This document shows, in pieces, positions 57,552 through 64,000 of a stretch of DNA of 64,000 nt. The notes under the pieces were generated by a model that ran no database searches, was not told the origin of the DNA, and was given only the letters and a program-made list of their open reading frames with translations. Source of the DNA: Actinomycetota bacterium (GTDB taxonomy: Bacteria; Actinomycetota; CADDZG01; JAHWKV01); contig JAHWKU010000007.1 of assembly GCA_019347715.1 (NCBI GenBank), forward strand, positions 8,349 to 72,348, read 5' to 3'. The translations under genes were made by a program, and so were the position numbers. The first letter of the stretch is position 1; each line of letters opens with the position of its first letter.

Positions 57552-58692
57552 TGTCTATGCCAGAGAAGAACTTCGACTGCGTCATCGTGGGCGGCGGCGT
57601 CATCGGGCTGGCCATCGCGTGGCGGATCTCTCAACTCGGACTGAGTGTCGCGCTGCTCGAGCGCCATCACCCTGCCCTCGCCGCTTCTTGGGTGGCTGCT
57701 GGGATGCTGGCGCCGGTCACGGAAGTTAGCTACGGAGAAGAAGAGCTGCTTGCCTTCAATCTCGAGGCCGCGGCTCGCTATCCGTCCTTTGTCGAAGAGC
57801 TCTCTCGATCCTCTGGGATCACAGTGGAGCTCTCGAAGAATGGAACGCTATTCGTCGCCCTCGACCGCGATCAAAAAGAGGCGCTGGAAATGCTGTTCGA
57901 GTTCCAGTCATCGCTTGGCCTCGACGCCGAGTGGATCGGTGACGGCAAGCTTCGCGAGCTCGAATCCGGACTAAGGCCGTCGGCCAGAGCCGCGGTCCTG
58001 GCCAGAAACGATCGATCGATCGACCCAAGAGTGCTCACCGGAGCACTGCTCGAAGCGGCCCAGCGCGAGGGAACGCTCATATTTCCGGAGACCGAAGTCA
58101 CTTCGATCGCGATCCAGGGAGGTAATTGCACGGGGGTTCGTACCGCCTCGGGAGATGAGTTCAAGACGACCAACGTGGTGGTCGCCGCAGGGAGCTGGTC
58201 TGGATCCATCGAAGGCATGCCTGCAGAAATAAGAGAAAACCTCAGGCCAGTGAAAGGCCAGCTGATGCATCTCAAACCGGGAGGAGGACTTCCCGGCCCG
58301 GTCGAACACATCATTAGGACCGAAGAGATTTACCTTGTGCCGCGTGAGGACGGATCCATCGTCGCGGGAGCATCCGTCGAGGAGAAGGGGTTCGACACGA
58401 CCATTACCGCCGGAGAGATCTACGAGCTTCTCCGCTCTGCCGACGAAGCAGTGCCGGGCATCCGGGAGATGGAGCTTGCGGCGACCATCAGCGGGCTGCG
58501 GCCCGGCACTCCAGACAACCGGCCGCTCATCGGTCCGACTTCCATCGATGGGTTGGTGGCGGCTACGGGCCATTTCCGCAACGGCATCCTTCAGACTGCC
58601 GTCACCGCGGATGCCGTTGCCAGATTTGTTGTGAAAGGCGAGGCCCTTCCAGAGATGAAGCGTTTTCACCCCGAGCGGTTTGCAGTCGCCAA

Positions 58693-58696
<4 letters not shown>
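57551..58696 (+). CDS. thiO: glycine oxidase
   Basis: IVGGGVIG, ASWVAAGML, PVKGQ, YLVPR, GLRP, GHFRNGI. Confidence 0.93.
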
Positions 58697-59686
<990 letters not shown>

Positions 59687-59691
59687 CCCCC

Positions 59692-60384
59692 TCAGCCCCA
59701 ACCCTTCGCTCTCCTAGAAGCCTTCATCTCTCTTATGAATTTCTTCCAATCCGACGACTTGATCGAGAAGAGCGCATCGGTCACAAGCTGCAGAACTCCG
59801 ATCGCCGCCAGGGCGAGAGCAACCCATCGAGAGACTCCTGCGACGACGGCGAAGGGGATCAATGCGAATGGAAGGATCTTGGTGACAACGGCGCCAGAAG
59901 CATGGAAGAGAGCGCGTTTTCGAGGAGCGACTAGAAGGTAGGTGGAGTAGTCCACTTTCGCTCCGGGCCGCGGGGGCGGCGGGCCACCCAGAAAGAAGTG
60001 GGTGAACCTCATTCCCATGGCCCTTCCGACCACCCAATGGGCAAGGCTATGGGTCGAAACGAGCAGCCCGCCGAACCCTCCCAGAAAAAAGAGGTCTGCG
60101 AGCACTCCCTGCATCCGGTCTGCCGCTACGAGAAGAACAATCCCGGCTGCCGTCCCCGTGCACAAGACCGCAACTCCGAAGCCTGCTGGAATCTTCAGCC
60201 TGACCGCGGCCGAGAACGCCTCCGCATCGATCTCTCCGACCTCTGCAGCGAATCGCTGCGCGAGGACCCGGTCTGCTCGGATGCGGCGAACCGCTTTCCA
60301 GAAGCCCGTTCCTTCGAGGCCGCTGCCGGAAACCAGCGAGGTGCGGGCTCTTTGGAGCGCGGTCTGGATCTCTTCGGCGTTCAT
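59692..60384 (-). CDS. hypothetical membrane protein, M50/site-2-protease-like with HSxxH
   Basis: Four TMs, HSLAH, ASG, SSDW; ATGA-coupled to TetR. Confidence 0.65.
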   Translation of the reverse strand: MNAEEIQTALQRARTSLVSGSGLEGTGFWKAVRRIRADRVLAQRFAAEVGEIDAEAFSAAVRLKIPAGFGVAVLCTGTAAGIVLLVAADRMQGVLADLFFLGGFGGLLVSTHSLAHWVVGRAMGMRFTHFFLGGPPPPRPGAKVDYSTYLLVAPRKRALFHASGAVVTKILPFALIPFAVVAGVSRWVALALAAIGVLQLVTDALFSIKSSDWKKFIREMKASRRAKGWG

Positions 60385-61031
60385 CTTGCGGCCCCCAGCA
60401 TCGGCTCGAGGATCTCCGAGATCTTCTCAGCGGTTTGGAACATCTCCTCAGCCCGAGAGTGGTCTCCGTCGAGGTGATCGAGAAGGTCAACACCCAGATA
60501 GAGAGCGACCACGGCAAATGCCACCGTTCTTGGAGGAAGCAACGACGCAAAAGGGGTTCCTTGCAGGACTTTGCGAATCATCTCTTCTGCGAAGTCGATC
60601 CAGGGCTCCATTGCCCTAACAACCTCCGGCCCGAGGTCCGGACGGGACAGACTCCCGGCGATCATCTCGGACAGCACGGTTATGTGCCCTGCCTCGAGGT
60701 CTTCCTGATAGATCCTGCTCGCTATCCCGACAAGGTCGGAGATGCTGTTCGCCTCAGCAACCATCGAGCGGTAGCGGGCCATCCTGTCGGTACTGGTTCG
60801 GTCGAGCGCGGCCAGAAGAAGATCTGACAACGTTCCGAAGTGATAGAAGATGAGCGCCTGGTTGAATCCCCCGGTCCTTGCAATTGCTCTGGCGCTCGTC
60901 CCGGCAAATCCCTCAGCTCTAAGCGTTTGCAATGCAGCGACCACGATGCGCTCCTTGGTGGTGGTGGTGGTGGTGGTGGTGGCGGTCGGGCCCTCACCAC
61001 CGCTGACGTCTTGAGCATCTGCTTTGAGCAT
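60381..61031 (-). CDS. TetR/AcrR family regulator
   Basis: TKERIVVAAL..EGFAGTSARAIA..GGFNQALIFYHFG; start placed at ATG 61031. Confidence 0.9.
   Translation of the reverse strand: MLKADAQDVSGGEGPTATTTTTTTTKERIVVAALQTLRAEGFAGTSARAIARTGGFNQALIFYHFGTLSDLLLAALDRTSTDRMARYRSMVAEANSISDLVGIASRIYQEDLEAGHITVLSEMIAGSLSRPDLGPEVVRAMEPWIDFAEEMIRKVLQGTPFASLLPPRTVAFAVVALYLGVDLLDHLDGDHSRAEEMFQTAEKISEILEPMLGAAR
60957..60980. repeat. perfect (GGT)8/(ACC)8 microsatellite encoding poly-Thr
   Basis: ggtggtggtggtggtggtggtggt immediately before the TetR HTH. Confidence 0.95.
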
Positions 61032-61064
61032 ACGCTCAACCCTATCACGGTTTAGGATGCGCCG

Positions 61065-61640
61065 GTGACGGGGTTTACGATCGGGTGGATTGCCGCGGCC
61101 ATATGGCTTCTCGTAGCCGTTGGCCTCTGGTACCTCCACAACCACACCCCGAGGCATCCCTTCAAGAGCATCGGGCAGTTCCGGAAAGCCCGCCGCAAAC
61201 TCGCCGAGCCGATAGCAGCGCCACATACATCGATACGCCTCGTGGCTCCTTCGGCCCCCACGGCCTCGACAGCCCCGGATCAAGCTGCCGAGATCCAACT
61301 CGATGGCGAAAATAACGTCCCCTCCGAGCAAGACGAAGAACTGGTAACCCGAAGCAACGACTTCCCAGTTTCCGACGAGCAGCTCGCTCTCTTTCGCCCA
61401 TCGACCCCGGCTCAGGGCGCTCGGCCTACGCCGGACGAACCCGAGCTGGATGAGATCAACGAGGTGATCGAATCGGTAACTTCGGAAGAGCGCCCTCGGC
61501 GCAAATCAACCAGGCAGAGGACACAGACCGACACGCGCAAAAGACGCACTGCTGCCGCCGACAAACCGATCCGAAAGATAGGACGCCTCACCTACGTCGT
61601 CGTTGACGAAGAGGGGAAGCCGCAAGCAGATCCCAGGTAG
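61065..61640 (+). CDS. hypothetical protein with N-terminal TM and disordered body
   Basis: GTG start after AGGA; TM then SIGQFRKARRKL; acidic and basic low-complexity tail. Confidence 0.65.
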   Translation: MTGFTIGWIAAAIWLLVAVGLWYLHNHTPRHPFKSIGQFRKARRKLAEPIAAPHTSIRLVAPSAPTASTAPDQAAEIQLDGENNVPSEQDEELVTRSNDFPVSDEQLALFRPSTPAQGARPTPDEPELDEINEVIESVTSEERPRRKSTRQRTQTDTRKRRTAAADKPIRKIGRLTYVVVDEEGKPQADPR

Positions 61641-61649
61641 CATCCCGAA

Positions 61650-62579
61650 GTGGCGAAGAGTCCAAGCATCCAGATCGGCACGGCCTCGTGGACGGAAAAG
61701 ACTCTTATCCAGTCCGGCTTCTATCCCAAAGACGCCAAGTCGGCCGAAGCCAGGCTCAAACACTACGCCGGGGTCTTTCCGATAGTTGAGGTCGACTCGA
61801 CCTACTACTTTCCTCCTACGGAACGCAACTCCGTCTTATGGCTCGAGCGAACACCCGTACACTTCACATTTCACATCAAGGCATACGCACTTCTAACCAA
61901 ACATCCAACCCGTCCAAATTCCTTGTACAAGGACCTACAGGAGGCCGTACCGAACGAGCACCGGGGAAAGCGAAGGCTCTACCTCTCTCACTTGCCCGAC
62001 GACGTCATCGAAGAAGCATGGAAGCGTTTCGCCCAAGCCCTCATGCCCCTTCACTCCGCAGGCAAGCTCGGGATCGTTCACTTTCAGTTCCCTGAGTACT
62101 TCATACCTTCGAGCGAATCGCGCGACTACATCCTCGAATGCGCTGATCGGCTGAGCGAGTTCGGGATAGCAGTGGAGTTTCGAAACCGATCGTGGCTGAC
62201 GGGGAAGACTCAGGAAAGGACTCTGGAGTTTCTCCGAGAACATCAGATTCCGATCACGAGCGTCGACATGCCTCAGGGCTTTCGATCCAGCCTTCCTCCG
62301 CAGCCATTTGCAACCTCGGACAAGCTCTCATACGTACGCTTCCACGGCCGCAACGAGGAGAACTGGGAAAAGAAGCTGGCCGAAGCGACTATGCGCTTCG
62401 CCTACGAGTACTCAAAGCAGGAGCTAAAGGCATGGGTCCCTAAGATCCAGGAGCTGGCGGAGCAGTCAAAGCAGGTTCACGTCCTGATGAATAACTGCTA
62501 TCGCGACTACGCGGTCAACAACGCGACTCAGCTTGCAGGAATGCTCGGAGTCGAACTGGGACAAGACCCTGACAGTTAG
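61650..62579 (+). CDS. DUF72 (YecE) family protein
   Basis: IGTASW, VEVDSTYY, QFP, AVEFRN.SW, YVRFHGRN, Y.YS..EL..W, MNNC. Confidence 0.92.
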   Translation: MAKSPSIQIGTASWTEKTLIQSGFYPKDAKSAEARLKHYAGVFPIVEVDSTYYFPPTERNSVLWLERTPVHFTFHIKAYALLTKHPTRPNSLYKDLQEAVPNEHRGKRRLYLSHLPDDVIEEAWKRFAQALMPLHSAGKLGIVHFQFPEYFIPSSESRDYILECADRLSEFGIAVEFRNRSWLTGKTQERTLEFLREHQIPITSVDMPQGFRSSLPPQPFATSDKLSYVRFHGRNEENWEKKLAEATMRFAYEYSKQELKAWVPKIQELAEQSKQVHVLMNNCYRDYAVNNATQLAGMLGVELGQDPDS

Positions 62580-63432
62580 CTCTCTTCGGATTCTCGCGTC
62601 CGCCCTCTTGATCGCGGTGACCGCGATCTGGGGGGTCACGTTCGTCATGGTCAAGGAGGCCATAGAGAAGGTTCCTCCCTTTGAGTTCCTGGCGATCAGG
62701 TTCATCATGGCGGCAGCGATCCTCGCCATCGTATTTCCCCGCCGGGCCGCGGCCGTGCGTAGAACATCGCTGACCGCCGGCGCGATCGCCGGGGCGGCCC
62801 TGGGGGCCGGTTACGCCTTCCAGACCGTTGGACTTCAGTACACGGGTGCGACGAAAGCTGGGTTCATTACCGGGCTCGCCGTTGTTTTCACTCCTCCGCT
62901 CTCGGCCCGAGTTCTCAAAAGACCGCCGAGCCGTGCCGGAGTAATCGGAGTGGCGATCGCGGCCGCAGGTCTTGCGCTCTTGACGGCTGGGCCTTCGCTC
63001 AACTTCAACGCCGGTGATGGCCTCGTGCTCTTCTGCGCGGTATCGTTCGCCATCCACATTGTCGTGATCGGGAGATTCGCCCCTGCTCACGACCCAAGGA
63101 CGCTCACAATCGTCCAACTGGGCCTCTCTGGAATCGCCTTCTCTGCCATCGCAATTGCGGGTGAAGACCTGAAAGCTCCCGATTCCTCGGTGTGGATTGC
63201 TCTCCTCGTGACTGCCGTCGGGGCAAGTGCCGTTGCGTTCCTGGCTCAGACCTGGGCGCAGAGGCACCTCTCCCCCACCGCCACCGCAGTCACGTTCACG
63301 ATGGAGCCGGTGTTCGCGGGACTTGCAGGGTTCGCCCTTCTGGGCGAGAGACTTTCGGTGGCAGGATGGGTCGGAGCAACACTGATCCTCGGAGCGATGC
63401 TTCTTGCTACAACGAGGTCAGGAGACCGATAG
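62533..63432 (+). CDS. DMT/EamA family transporter (start uncertain, possibly near 62569)
   Basis: IWGVTFVMVK, RF, QTVGLQYT, GDGL, EPVFA, GE; about 10 TMs. Confidence 0.88.
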   Translation: MQECSESNWDKTLTVSSLRILASALLIAVTAIWGVTFVMVKEAIEKVPPFEFLAIRFIMAAAILAIVFPRRAAAVRRTSLTAGAIAGAALGAGYAFQTVGLQYTGATKAGFITGLAVVFTPPLSARVLKRPPSRAGVIGVAIAAAGLALLTAGPSLNFNAGDGLVLFCAVSFAIHIVVIGRFAPAHDPRTLTIVQLGLSGIAFSAIAIAGEDLKAPDSSVWIALLVTAVGASAVAFLAQTWAQRHLSPTATAVTFTMEPVFAGLAGFALLGERLSVAGWVGATLILGAMLLATTRSGDR

Positions 63433-64000
63433 GGAGATCTGCTCCAGGGCGTACTCGATGTCCGAGGCAGAGATGTCGTGATGGGTGACCATCCTCACTG
63501 TCCCGGCCTGATAGGGAAGGAACTTCACCCCTCTCTCCGCAAGAGCCTCAGCGAAACCCTTGGGGTCGTATCCGAGCGGCTGGGTGGTGACCAGAACCAT
63601 GTTGGTCTCGACGTCGTCGGTCTCCACGGCCCCCTCCCGGATGCCGGCAATCCCCTCTGCAAGACGCTTTGCATTCTCATGGTCGTCGGCGAGCCGTTCG
63701 ATCATCGTATCCAGAGCAACATGGCATGCCGCAGTGAGAACCCCGACCTGTCGCATCCCTCCCCCGTGCATCTTGCGGAAACGGTGTGCTTTTTCGATAA
63801 GTTCCGACGACCCGACGACCATCGAACCAACCGGGCATCCGAGGCCCTTGGAGAAGCAAAAGGTCATCGTGTCCGCGACCGCGGCGTACTCTGCCACCGG
63901 GACGCTGGTGGCCACCGACGCATTGAAGATGCGGGCACCATCTAGATGGACGCTGAGTCCGTATTCGTCAGCCACCTTCCTTGCAGCCCTCATGTCATCG
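63418..64000 (-). CDS. ltaE: low-specificity L-threonine aldolase, 3' part (runs off window)
   Basis: HLDGARIFNA, CFSKGLGCPVGS, GGGMRQ, RLADDH, VETN, RMVTH. Confidence 0.92.
   Translation of the reverse strand, partial: DDMRAARKVADEYGLSVHLDGARIFNASVATSVPVAEYAAVADTMTFCFSKGLGCPVGSMVVGSSELIEKAHRFRKMHGGGMRQVGVLTAACHVALDTMIERLADDHENAKRLAEGIAGIREGAVETDDVETNMVLVTTQPLGYDPKGFAEALAERGVKFLPYQAGTVRMVTHHDISASDIEYALEQISLSVS

Overview
Gene-dense, GC-rich chromosomal window from an Actinomycetota bacterium, probably not a model lineage. The assignment rests on a dcw cluster without ftsA followed by pgeF-yggS-sepF-yggT-divIVA, the divIVA/ileS/DksA-like/lspA/rluD/dnaE/his synteny, a MoxR-DUF58-transglutaminase trio, DUF3040, MarP and a class E sortase. 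The left half (1-31 kb) is almost all on the minus strand: his genes, replicative dnaE, a type-2 ileS (plus strand) and the complete dcw cluster. Oddities there are a MurG-MurC fusion, an unannotated 42-aa membrane protein between mraZ and rsmH, a CTG-start pgeF and a membrane-anchored histone-H1-like protein. The middle holds a LexA-box-controlled cassette, DUF6504-like > dnaE2 > catalytically intact dinB, with no imuA/imuB in the window. It is followed by DUF3040 and an Rv1830/McdR-like MerR regulator, and a matching AATTACA-N4-TGTAGTT palindrome occurs upstream of both dnaE and the dcw operon. The right part holds an ABC exporter, MarP, a DUF1998 helicase, an orphan GAF kinase, a sortase-E surface-protein locus, thiE/thiOSG with an inserted LLM oxidoreductase, TetR, DUF72, a DMT transporter and a partial threonine aldolase. 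I saw no rRNA, tRNA, CRISPR, IS element or prophage. All calls come from reading motifs by eye; no searches were run.
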